Translations under genes and position numbers: made by a program | The notes under the pieces: model-generated | What the model was told of the DNA's origin: nothing | The model's input: the letters and a program-made list of their open reading frames with translations, nothing else | The model's database searches: none | From: an uncultured bacterium | GTDB taxonomy: Bacteria; Actinomycetota; Acidimicrobiia; Acidimicrobiales; VFJN01 | DNA length: 64,000 nucleotides | NCBI GenBank assembly: GCA_963813485.1 | Contig: CAWEZE010000017.1 | Coordinates: 1,919 to 65,918 of the forward strand | Reading direction: 5' to 3' | Part shown: in pieces, positions 53,434 through 63,402 of the stretch | Position numbering within the stretch: position 1 is the first letter of the stretch | How the letters are laid out: each line of letters begins with the position of its first letter

Positions 53434-53450
53434 TCATCCGTTCCGGATGA
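53434..53450. promoter_or_regulatory. TCATCC-N5-GGATGA motif, site 2 (perfect)
   Basis: tcatcc-gttcc-ggatga, 122 nt upstream of the minus-strand ATG at 53312. Confidence 0.5.
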
Positions 53451-53570
53451 TCAACGCCGGGAGCGGCGAGCGGGATCCAGGTCACGATGTCCCACCAACA
53501 GCTCCTCGGCGGGCGAACACGGGTTACGTCGCCACATCGTCGGCTCGATCAAGCTCGCTCGCGCTGCGGG

Positions 53571-55980
53571 TCATGCCGACAGGCCGTGCGCGGCGTGCCC
53601 ATGGTGCTCGGCGGCATGGAGCTCGAGCTCGTCCTGGTCCGATAGGTGCGGCTTGATGTCGAACACCACCTTCTTCACCGTGCCGGTGAACGGGAAGGGC
53701 TTGTCGCGCTCGTAGCTTCGATCGACCACGCCACCGTTGTCCCGTCCGATGTCCATCCCCGCATAGCCCGAGAATCGGACGGGCACCGTGTGGTCCATGC
53801 GGCCCTTGCCCACGGGACGGCCATCGATGAACAGGGTGACGTTTCCGCCGGTCGCCGGTGTGGCCCCGTCGGCCTCGAACTCCATGCGGACGGTCACGTC
53901 GCCGGCCGGGAGGTCTTCCTCCGCGACCTGCGTGAAGACGAGCACGCCCATCATCGAGTAGGTGTGCGTGAGCTTTCCGTCCTTGACGTAGAGGGTGAAC
54001 CCCCCGAGGTGGTCGGCCTCCGCGACGATCACGCCCTCGGCGCCGCCGTCGGGCACGACCAGATCGGCGGTGATCGCGTACGAGCGGTTGTAGATCCTCG
54101 GGATCATGCCCGGCATCACGTTCTGGACGTCGCCCCGGAACTCGAACGTCGTCTCTCCGGTGAGCGGCGGCAGGATGCCGAAGAACGTCGACAAGGTCGC
54201 GAGCAGCGGCAACACCTTGTAGCGTTCGGCCTCCTGCCAGAACAGGTCCTTGAGCTCCTGGACCTTTTCGGGGTGCTCGGCGGCCAGATCGTTCGCCTGG
54301 GTGAAGTCGTCGGGCAGGTAGTACAGCTCGGCAGGGCCCGAGTCCGGATCCCAGACGCCCGGGGCGAAGGGCGCGAGCGCCTCCGCGGTGAGCAACCACG
54401 GGATGCGCTCGGTCTTCATCGCGAGCCACCAGCCGTCCTTGTACATGGCGCGGCTGCCGACCGTCTCGAAGTACTGCTGCGTGCGGTGCTCGGGTGCCGC
54501 GCCATCGGTGAGCGAGGCGACGAACGAGGTTCCGTGCATGGGCTCCTGCTCGATCCCGTCGACCGTGTCCGGCACGGGGATGCCCGCGGCCTCGAGGATC
54601 GTGGGTGCCACGTCGATCACATGGGTGAACGGCGTGCGAAGCGCACCGGCGTCGCTGACGTGAGCGGGCCAGTGCAACGACCATGGGGTCGCGCGTCCCG
54701 CCGAGGTGTGAGCCGACCTGCTTGCCCCACTGGAACGGCGTGTTCCCCGCCCACGCCCAGGCTGCTCCGTAGTGCGGCGCCATGAGCGAGGAGCTCCACG
54801 CGTCGAGCCCGCCGTGGAGCTCCGTGAGCTGGAGCTGCATCTCGTCGGTCAGCGGGATGCCGTTCTGCATCGTCAGCTCGTTGAACGAGCCGGTGATGGT
54901 CCCCTCCATGCTGGCGCCGTTGTCGCCCCAGATCCAGATGATCAGCGTGTTGTCGAGCTCGCCCAGGTCCTCGATCGCATCGATCACGCGCCCGACGTTG
55001 TGGTCCGCGTTCTCGGAGTACCCCGCATAGACCTCCATCTGGCGGGCGTAGAACGGCTTCAGGTTGTCGGGCACGTCGTCCCAGGCCGGGAACGCCTCGT
55101 CGCGGGGGGTCAGCTCGGCGTCGGCGGGAATGACCCCGAGCTCCTTCTGGCGGGCGAAGGTCTGCTCGCGCAGCCGGTCCCATCCCTGGTCGAACTGGCC
55201 CTTGTACCTGTCCGCCCACTCCTTCGCGACATGGTGCGGGGCGTGGCTGCAGCCCGTCGAGTAGTACACGAAGAAGGGCTTGCGGGCGTCCTGTGCACGT
55301 ACCCCGTGGAGCCACTCGATCGTTCGGTCGGCCATCGCGTCGGGGAAGTAGTACGGATGCTCCTCGTCGTAGAACTCCTCGGGAGTGCCGATGATCTTCT
55401 GGTTCTCCGCGAGACATGGGTCCCACTGACTCGACCCGCCGCCCAGGATCCCGTAGAAGTAGTCGAATCCCCAGCCGTTCGGCCAGCGGTCGAACGGCCC
55501 CGCGGGACCTTGCTCGCCGTCGGGTGTCAGGTGCCACTTGCCGAACGCCGCCGTGCTGTAGCCGTTGTCCCGCAGGATCCGGGGCAGCGGCGCGCAGTCC
55601 CGTGGAAGGGTGGCGCAATAGCCGGGGAACCCACCCGCGAACTCGCCGATCGAGCCGAACCCCACCGCGTGGTTGTTCCGCCCGGTCAGCAATGCCGCCC
55701 GCGTCGGAGAGCACAGCGCCGTGACGTGGAGCCGGTTGTAGCGCAGGCCGCCCTCGGCCATCCGCGTGTAGTTGGGTGTCCGGATCGGCCCGCCGAAGGT
55801 GCCCGGGTTGCCGAACCCCGCGTCGTCGATGAGCACCAGCAGCACGTTGGGGGCCCCGTCCGGCGGCCTCGGGTGCTCGATCAGGTTCCAGTCGGGCTGG
55901 GAGCCGTCGAGAGTCCTGTCGACGACTCCCGAGAACGTCTCGCGCCGGATCGGGAGCCTGCTGCGATCGGGTTCACTCAT
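53571..55980 (-). pseudogene. Cys-type arylsulfatase paralog (AtsA/AtsD-like), single frameshift near 54675-54680
   Basis: The N-terminal part (LCSPTRAALLTGR ... GGTRDPMVV) is in the frame starting at ATG 55980. The C-terminal part (HWPAHVSDAG...) is the listed ORF 53571..54677. Confidence 0.88.
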
Positions 55981-56111
55981 CGTCTCCGTCTCCCTCGTGT
56001 CGCAACGGCCGGGTGTGCCCGACTCGGCACGTCCATGGCCGGAAGCATGCGACGCGAGCTGCGACGCCCGTGCTCTCCCGCTGATCGTGGACCGTGGCGA
56101 CGCGTCTTGCC

Positions 56112-56128
56112 TCATCCCATCGGGACGA
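56112..56128. promoter_or_regulatory. TCATCC-N5-GGATGA motif, site 3 (one mismatch)
   Basis: tcatcc-catcg-ggacga on the plus strand. On the minus strand it reads tcgtcc-cgatg-ggatga-ggca. 132 nt upstream of the sulfatase ATG at 55980. Confidence 0.45.
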
Positions 56129-56174
56129 TCAACCGCAGGCGTTGTCCAAAAGGGGTGGTCCTGCGGCATTGGGG

Positions 56175-58820
56175 TCAGACGAGCTGCAACGCCGTGGCGC
56201 GATGGACCGCTGCGGACCGGTGGGGTACGCCGAGCTTGCGGTAGATGGCTCGGACGTGCGTCTTGAGGGTGTTGACCGAGACGTAGAGCTGGGCGGCCAT
56301 CTCGCGGTTGGACATGCGCAACGGCAGCATGCGCAGGACTGCGAGCTCGCGGGCGGTGAGCTGCTCGACCGGTCCGGCCTGTCGGCGCGTGGGTGCCACC
56401 GTCAGCTCGTGGCAGGCCAGGGCGGCCAGGCGGCCAAGGGTCCGATCGGTGTGGTCGAGCGCCAGCTGGGAGAGCCGTCGGCTCAGTGCGGATCCCTCGT
56501 CGAGGAACGTCCTCACGAGGCCGAGCGGCCCGCCGACCGAGATCGCCTCGATGATGGCGGCCGACTCGTCTTCGGGGTTGGCGTCGGGCAGTTGGGCGCG
56601 CAGCAGCAGCTCCTCGACTGCGTGCCGGGGTACGCACGCGTTAACGGCCTCCAAGAGCTGTCGGGCCTGGGCCGGGGCGTGCTGCAGTGCCACGCGCGCG
56701 GCCAGCAGTTGCGTGTCGGCTCCCGGTGGTGCGTCGCGGAGCGCGGCCTGCGCTCCGGCGACGTCTCCCTGGTCGAGCCGCACCTTCACTTCCGTGCTGC
56801 GAAGATGGGCGTCGACGGTCGGCGGCATGTCGGGGTGGGCGGCGCGAGCTGACACCACCAGTTCCAGCGCCTTCATGTGCGCGCCCGTGACTCGGTGACA
56901 GCGGGCGAGTTCGCTTGCTGCGAGCGCGGTGACGACGTGGTGAGAGGACGTGGAGGCGAGGGTGTGGGCGTCGTCGAGGAGCGACACTGCTTTGGCCAAT
57001 TGGTTTCGCTCACGGTGAGTCGACCCCGCCAACAGCGCGAGCTCGGCGGAGGACGAACCGTTGCCACCGACGGCGGGCTGGGCAGCTGCGACGTTCTCCG
57101 TAGTGCCCGACATATCACCGTGCAACCAGGTGACCCAGGCCTGCGCCAAGGCGACCTCAGTCGCCGCCTCGGGTGCAGATCCGACGGCGACGTCGCGCAG
57201 CTCGCTCATTGCCGCCCTCGCACGCGTCGCGTCACCGGCCCACACCAGGGCGCGCATGCGCCAGCCATCGGCGCGCGCGACCGCGCACTGGCTGGTGCCG
57301 GTTGGCTCGACGAGCGAACGCAGACGATCGGCGCAGGCGAGCAGGCCGGTGACATCGCCGACGTGCTCCGCCACCACCCCCCGCGCCATCACAAGATCCG
57401 GACTGTCGGCCGCGCCTACCTCGTCGGCCGACGTAGCGGCCACTGGTGCCTGGTCCAGGAGGCGGCACGCCTCGTCGACCCGTCCTGCCGCGACCGCGGC
57501 TCGGATCCGCCAGACCAGCCACCGCGAGGTGGCGGGCGTGATGCCGGGGCCTCGCCGGAGTAGCTCATCGACGCGGCGTAGCGACGACTCGTTCGTGGCT
57601 GCGAGGTCCGCGCAGGCGTCGGCCGCCTCGTCGGCGCAGGCGGCTTGCAGGAACAGCTCGATGGCGGTGACGAGATCGCCTGTCTCTCGACAGGCGTGTG
57701 CGGCTCGGCGGCGGGCGGTCAACGCGGCCTGTGGGTCACGCCGGCAGAACTCCTGCTGGAGGACGCGAGCCAGGATGGGCGGATGACGGAATTCGCCCGG
57801 GCGGCTGGTGACCGGGAGGATCGGGAGCGCCTCGGTGTCGGGCCGGGTCAACGGGACAGGGCCGCTCGTGTGACCCGCGACCGCAGCGCACAGCGGCTCG
57901 GTGAGCGCCGGCAGCCAGCAGGCCACCTCGAGGAACGAGCGCGTGCTGGCAGAACACCGATCGATCACCTCCTCGCGGATGTACTCGCTGGCGATGCCGT
58001 CCGAATCAGGCCAGGTTGGCGACGGTGTGTCCTGAGTCGAGGCGTCGAGGTGGGCGAGCCGCAGTCCCGCGGCCCAGCCCAGAGTCGCCTGCTCGAGCTC
58101 CGCAGCATCGCGCTGCCGGCCGGTCCACGTCGAGGTCAGGAGGTCGATCTCGGCGCGTTCGAACCGCAGCTCGGCGGGGGTGATCTCCACCAGGTCACCG
58201 CGCAGCCGGGCGCGTTCGAGCGAGAGCCGTGGTTTGGATCGGGAGATGAGCAGGACCCGAACGTCGTCAGGGGGATGCTCGACGAGGAGCTCGAGAACGT
58301 GGCGCCCGGTTCGATCGTGCACGCGATGAACGTCGTCGAGCACGAGAGTGATGCCCGAACCGAGGAGCTGGGTCACCGAGTGGAGGAGGTCCCGCAGCAC
58401 GCCTTGGTCGAGGCCTGCTTCGACGGTCCGTCGACCGACGACGGGACCCTCCGGGGAGAGCTGCTCCACTGCCTCGACCAATTGCCGCAGCAGAACGGTC
58501 TCGGTGTTGTGGGTTGGGTCGATCGTGAGCCAAGCGCACGGCTGGGTGTGTGCTCGCGCCCATTCCGCGACGAGGACCGTCTTGCCTGCGCCTGCCGGGC
58601 CGCGCACGAGGACCACGTGACGGTCGGGGTGATCGTCGAGGCGTTGCTCGAGGCGCGGCCGGCGGATCGCGAACGACGGCACGGGCGGTGGCGATCCGCG
58701 TGCCAGCGCATCCGGGCGCACCCTTGCCAGTGGAGGCCCCGGCCGGTGGAGTGCCGATGGTTCGGTGGCGGTTCGAGCCAGCGAACGATGCGACAAGGCC
58801 GAGCGCTCGATCACGGTCAT
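56175..58820 (-). CDS. MalT-like STAND ATPase / LuxR-family transcriptional regulator
   Basis: 881 aa. Walker A GPAGAGKT. Helical repeat middle region. C-terminal LuxR HTH (LTARELAVLRMLPLRMSNREMAAQLYVSVNTLKTHVRAIYRKLGV). Confidence 0.88.
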   Translation of the reverse strand: MTVIERSALSHRSLARTATEPSALHRPGPPLARVRPDALARGSPPPVPSFAIRRPRLEQRLDDHPDRHVVLVRGPAGAGKTVLVAEWARAHTQPCAWLTIDPTHNTETVLLRQLVEAVEQLSPEGPVVGRRTVEAGLDQGVLRDLLHSVTQLLGSGITLVLDDVHRVHDRTGRHVLELLVEHPPDDVRVLLISRSKPRLSLERARLRGDLVEITPAELRFERAEIDLLTSTWTGRQRDAAELEQATLGWAAGLRLAHLDASTQDTPSPTWPDSDGIASEYIREEVIDRCSASTRSFLEVACWLPALTEPLCAAVAGHTSGPVPLTRPDTEALPILPVTSRPGEFRHPPILARVLQQEFCRRDPQAALTARRRAAHACRETGDLVTAIELFLQAACADEAADACADLAATNESSLRRVDELLRRGPGITPATSRWLVWRIRAAVAAGRVDEACRLLDQAPVAATSADEVGAADSPDLVMARGVVAEHVGDVTGLLACADRLRSLVEPTGTSQCAVARADGWRMRALVWAGDATRARAAMSELRDVAVGSAPEAATEVALAQAWVTWLHGDMSGTTENVAAAQPAVGGNGSSSAELALLAGSTHRERNQLAKAVSLLDDAHTLASTSSHHVVTALAASELARCHRVTGAHMKALELVVSARAAHPDMPPTVDAHLRSTEVKVRLDQGDVAGAQAALRDAPPGADTQLLAARVALQHAPAQARQLLEAVNACVPRHAVEELLLRAQLPDANPEDESAAIIEAISVGGPLGLVRTFLDEGSALSRRLSQLALDHTDRTLGRLAALACHELTVAPTRRQAGPVEQLTARELAVLRMLPLRMSNREMAAQLYVSVNTLKTHVRAIYRKLGVPHRSAAVHRATALQLV

Positions 58821-58829
58821 CCGCCCTCC

Positions 58830-59147
58830 TCATGTGCCCTCGGAGGGGCGGGGCTCTCGGGTCTCGCCGGGATCAGCCTCGCGGCTAACGCCCACCAGCT
58901 CGATCCCGAGGTCGGCCACCCGCCCGAGGAGACCGTGAAGCCCGGCCTGATCGAGATCCGCGGACAGCACGGTCACCCCTGGGGCCCGGCGCACCGTTAC
59001 GTCGCTGAACGCTCCCAGCAGGACGTCGCCAGGCTCTCCCACGATCGTCACGTCGTAGCGCACGGACACGGCATCCCCCGGACCAGAGACATGGTTGGTG
59101 GGACTGCTCTGAGTAGTAGTCTGGTCACTCCCCGGGTGATGCGTCAT
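58830..59147 (-). CDS. Small hypothetical protein upstream of the LuxR-type regulator
   Basis: 105 aa, 9 nt before the regulator start. The C-terminal block LSADLDQAGLHGLLGRVADLGIELVGV resembles a recurrent actinobacterial small-protein pattern. No named family assigned. Confidence 0.55.
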   Translation of the reverse strand: MTHHPGSDQTTTQSSPTNHVSGPGDAVSVRYDVTIVGEPGDVLLGAFSDVTVRRAPGVTVLSADLDQAGLHGLLGRVADLGIELVGVSREADPGETREPRPSEGT

Positions 59148-59230
59148 CGTCCTGCCCAGGGTGATTTCGCGTCACTCGGTTGCCAGCGTCCACAACCCCA
59201 GCACCACAACCCCATGTAGGCGGCGAGGCG

Positions 59231-61835
59231 ATGGCGCAAGCAGCCCCGCGACTCGCGGTCACCAAGTTTGGACCGCCCGTGCCTCCACGGACGGTCGTGC
59301 CGCGCGCCCAGCCCGTGGCGGCGCTCGACCGGCTCGTCGATGGCCACCCGGTGACGTTGGTCGCGGCGCTGGCCGGCGCGGGCAAGACGGTGCTGTTGAC
59401 CGAGTGGGTCCACCATCGGCCGGAGGGGTCGTGGGCCTGGCTGACCTGCGACGTCACCGACGCCGACAGCGCCCGGTTCTGGACCTCGGTCATCGCCGCC
59501 TGCGCGCACTTGGGCGACGGCATCGGGCACGACGCCCAGGCGCTGCTCGCCGAGGACCCGCCTGCGTTCGATGACGTGGTGCCGTCGCTCGTGAACGACC
59601 TTGCCAGGCTCGACGGGCGTGCCGCCCTGGTGATCGATGACCTGCACATGGCCCCAGCCGACGCCGTCGCGCCGCTCGGCTTCCTAGTCGAGCGGCTCCC
59701 ACCTGCTGTGGCGCTCGTGCTGGGTAGCCGATCCGACCCGCCGCTGCCCCTGTCTCGGTGGCGGGTCAACGGGCTGCTCGGCGAGCTACGAACCGACGAG
59801 CTGCGGTTCTCGGCCCGGGAGACCGCGCAGGTGGTCGCCGCGAGCGGCGTCGAGCTCAGCGCCGACGACGCCGACACGTTGACGACGCGAACTGAAGGTT
59901 GGGCCGCCGGGGTGCACCTGGCGGCGCTGGCGCTGCGCGACCACCCCGACCCGGCCGCGTTCATGCGGGCTTTCGCCGGATCCGATCACAACGTCACCGA
60001 CTACCTCGCAAGCGAGGTGCTCACTCAGCTCGACGCGGAGAGCCTCGACTGCCTCCTCGCGCTTGCCACGCTCGACGAGTTCGACGCCGACCGGTGCCGC
60101 GCCCTCACCGGACATCACGACGCAGCGGACAGGCTCGAGGCATTCGAGACAGCCAACCTCTTCCTGGGCCGTGTCGGCACCGACACGGGGACCTATCGCT
60201 TCCACCAGCTTTTCCGCGATGTCCTACGAGGCTGGCTGTCGGCACGAGATCCCGACCGGGTCAAGGCGCTGCACGCCGCCGCCTCGCGCTGGTACGAGCA
60301 GCACGACGACATCGCTCGCGCGGTACGCCACGCCATCGACGGAGCCGACGCCGACCGTGCCTTCGCCCTTGTCCGCGACCATGCCGCCAGCGGGTATTTC
60401 GGTGGCGGCGCCGGGATCAGCTCGTGGATCTCCGAGCTCGGGAGCGAGGTACTCTCCGCGCGCAGCGACCAGGTGCTCGACTACATCGTTGTGCTCCTCC
60501 TGGCCGGCTGGATCGACGAGGCCGGACGTTGGCTCGCCTACTTGGACACCCTCCCATCCGCCGAGCCCAGCCCCCGATTCGCGGCGCGGCACTCGATGGC
60601 GAAATCCGTGTGGCTCGGCTCCCGCGGGGAGATCCACGCGGCCGTCACGCACGCCGAGGATGCCGTGCGACGGTCGGTTTTCGGCGAGGATCCCTTCGTC
60701 GACGCAGCCCCACTCAATCTCATCCGGATGTACGACTTCCTGGATCGGCCGGCCGACGCTCGAGCCGCCTATCGCGACGCGATCGACCGGTGGGCACCCA
60801 ACCCGTTGATGCAGCAGGTAATGCTTGCGGGCGCGATCGGGGCGGTCGAGCTCGAGTACGGCAACCTGCGGCTCGCCGGCGAACTAGCTGGGCACGCGGC
60901 CGCGACGGCGCGGCGACTCGGGGCCGAGCGGCACTACGGAGCCTCGGATGTGATGCGCACGCTCGGCGCCATCGAGGCCGAGGCCGCTGACCTGACCACC
61001 GCCGAACGGTACCTCGAGGCCGCGCTCGACATCGCCACACCCGGTCGGCCGCCGTTCGCGCTGTTGAGCCTGGTGGAGCTGGCCCGGGTCGCGTTGCGGC
61101 GCGGCGAGCTCGACGAGGCGCTCCACCGGTTGGACCGGGCACGGGGTTTCCTTTCCCCGGACCTGAAGTCCCCGCTCGTCATACACGTTGATGCACTCGA
61201 AGTACGGGTCCAGGTCGCGGCGGGCTTCGAGGTCACCGCCGACCAGCTGGCCCGGCTGGGCTCGGGTCGCCGTCGCGTGATCGCCGAAGCCGAGTACCAC
61301 GCCCGGAGGCGCGACCCCAAGGCCGCGGCCGCATGCCTGGAGACGCTCGACCCAGGCGCCGAGCCGAGACAACAACTCGAGCGCTGCCTCGTCGAGGCGC
61401 AGATCGGGCTGCTCGAAGGCGATGCGACCCAGGTCGACCACCAGCTCGACAGGATCCTCGACCTGTCCCGATCGCAGGGCTTCGCCGCGCTCCATCACTG
61501 ACGCAGGCATGGAGGTCACCCTGGCGCTCGACGCCCGGCTTCGCCGAAGCGCCCCGGAGCCGCCCCTCCAGGCGCTGGAGCGTGCCGTCGCCGAGGCGAG
61601 CAGCCGGCCCATGCCCGTCGGGCGCGGCGCGTCCGCCGACGACGCCGGCTTGACCACCCGCGAGCGCACTGTGCTCCGCTACCTCCCCACCCGCCTGAAC
61701 AACCGCGAGATCGCGTCGGACCTCTACGTGTCAATGAACACACTCAAGTCCCACCTGCGGAGCACCTACCGCAAACTCGGCGTCGAATCCCGAGCGGCGG
61801 CGGTCGAGCGAGCGAGGCACTCCGGTCTCCTGTGA
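59231..61835 (+). pseudogene. Second MalT-like STAND ATPase / LuxR-family regulator, frameshifted near 61478-61495 between the repeat region and the HTH domain
   Basis: Walker A LAGAGKT. Body in the frame of ORF 59180..61501 (ends ...QGFAALHH*). The continuation SITDAGMEVTLAL...LTTRERTVLRYLPTRLNNREIASDLYVSMNTLKSHLRSTYRKLGV is in the frame of ORF 61422..61835. Confidence 0.85.
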
Positions 61836-61919
61836 CAGCAGCGGCAGACTGGCTGCCACCCGCCCGTTCACGCCGACCGTCGAGCACCGCGAGGAGTCGT
61901 CCACTCCGCGCCCGCTGGA

Positions 61920-61936
61920 TCATCCCTCAAGGATGA
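61920..61936. promoter_or_regulatory. TCATCC-N5-GGATGA motif, site 4 (perfect)
   Basis: tcatcc-ctcaa-ggatga followed by ggac. 88 nt upstream of the ATG at 62024. Confidence 0.5.
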
Positions 61937-62023
61937 GGACACGGACGGCGACGTCAGCCATGGTGCGCGGAACCGAGTGTGTGCAGCGGGATCGCAAAGC
62001 ACACGCAACCTGGAGGGAGCGTC

Positions 62024-62323
62024 ATGGGATTGATGTTCCGTCGTCGTCGACCCGTGGCTCGCCTTGCGGTCGGCGCCGCAACCGCCGGTGTCGCCTACAG
62101 GGCGGGAAAGCGACGGGCCGAGCAGGACCAGTACAACCAGGAGGCGGCCGGGGCGTACGCAGCCAGCCAGGACCAGCCCCCGCCGCCCCAGTACGTCGCT
62201 CCGCCTCCTGCCTCGACCGGCGGCGAGGTCGACGAGCTCAGCCGGCTCGTGCAGATGCACGACTCGGGCGCGCTGACCGACGAGGAGTTCGCGGCCGCCA
62301 AGGCCCAACTGCTCGGCACGTGA
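62024..62323 (+). CDS. SHOCT domain-containing protein
   Basis: ATG at 62024 preceded by GGAGGGA. C-terminal SHOCT pattern ELSRLVQMHDSGALTDEEFAAAKAQLLG. Confidence 0.75.
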   Translation: MGLMFRRRRPVARLAVGAATAGVAYRAGKRRAEQDQYNQEAAGAYAASQDQPPPPQYVAPPPASTGGEVDELSRLVQMHDSGALTDEEFAAAKAQLLGT

Positions 62324-62348
62324 ACGACTGCAGCGAAGGGAGACTGGC

Positions 62349-62777
62349 ATGGCTTCGACCGCCTCGGCCCAGGCGAGCGCCATGCGGCGCCTGCTCGACG
62401 CCACGGTCACCGGCGACCGCGCCGCGATGGCCGATCTGGTGACCGCCGATGTGACAGGGTGGTCTCCCAATCTGTTCGTGACGTCACGCGACGAGCTGCT
62501 GGCGGCCGTCGAGCAACGAGAGGATGCGTTCTCCGGGATCGAGGTCCGCGTCCAGGCGCTCGACCAGATCGGCGACAAGGCGGTCGCCGAATGGCACGTG
62601 GCGGTCGACCATACCGGTCCCTTGGCGGTCGATGACGACCTGGTGATCGAACCGACGGGCAGGCGGCTCCACGTCTCGGGGGCCACGGTCGCAGAGTTCG
62701 ACGGCGACCGCATCTGCGCGTTCCGCAGCTACTTCGACGACCTCGCACTCATCGAACAGCTCTTGGTCGACGAATGA
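62349..62777 (+). CDS. SnoaL-like / NTF2-fold protein
   Basis: 142 aa. Size and pattern are typical of SnoaL-like polyketide-cyclase-fold proteins. Confidence 0.7.
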   Translation: MASTASAQASAMRRLLDATVTGDRAAMADLVTADVTGWSPNLFVTSRDELLAAVEQREDAFSGIEVRVQALDQIGDKAVAEWHVAVDHTGPLAVDDDLVIEPTGRRLHVSGATVAEFDGDRICAFRSYFDDLALIEQLLVDE

Positions 62778-62898
62778 CCCGATCTCATCCCGTCCGGCTG
62801 ACGACGCGACTGGGCACCCTTCGTACCGTCGGCTCGACCGATCCCATGTGAACCCGGCAGTGGTCTGGTCGGGAGAAACGACAGAGAGGGACGCGAAC

Positions 62899-63327
62899 AT
62901 GGCAACGACAGAGAGCGGCCAGCAGATGTCGGCGTCGTACGACGAACCGACCGGCTGGACCGGATGGATCACGTTCGCCGGCGCGATGTTGATCATCGGC
63001 GGAAGTCTCAACCTCCTGTACGGCATCGTCGCAGCCGTCAACGACGACTGGGTGGTCTGGACCAATAGCGGCGCCGTCTACCTCGACCTGTCGGAGTGGG
63101 GCTGGGTCCACATCATTCTGGGCAGCGTCGTGTTGCTCAGCGGGTTCGGGGTGTTCACCGGCAACATCCTCGCTCGGACCGTCGGGGTGATCGTGGCCGG
63201 CATCAGCCTGCTCGTGAACTTCTTCTTCATCCCCGTCTACCCACTCTGGGCACTCACTGTGATCGTCATCGACGTCCTCGTGATCTGGGCCCTCACCGCT
63301 CACGGCGGGGAGATGCGGCAGGTCTGA
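62899..63327 (+). CDS. Four-TM membrane protein (family I recall as DUF7144; name unverified)
   Basis: GWTGWITFAGAMLIIGG...WGWVHIILGSVVLLSGFGVFTG...ARTVGVIVAG...VIDVLVIWALTAHGGE. ATG at 62899. Confidence 0.7.
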   Translation: MATTESGQQMSASYDEPTGWTGWITFAGAMLIIGGSLNLLYGIVAAVNDDWVVWTNSGAVYLDLSEWGWVHIILGSVVLLSGFGVFTGNILARTVGVIVAGISLLVNFFFIPVYPLWALTVIVIDVLVIWALTAHGGEMRQV

Positions 63328-63402
63328 GGCGCCGTGATTGTGGATACCCGTCCCGGGATGGAACGCCCCGGACCTACAGACATTTTCGAGGAGGACGTGA
63401 TA

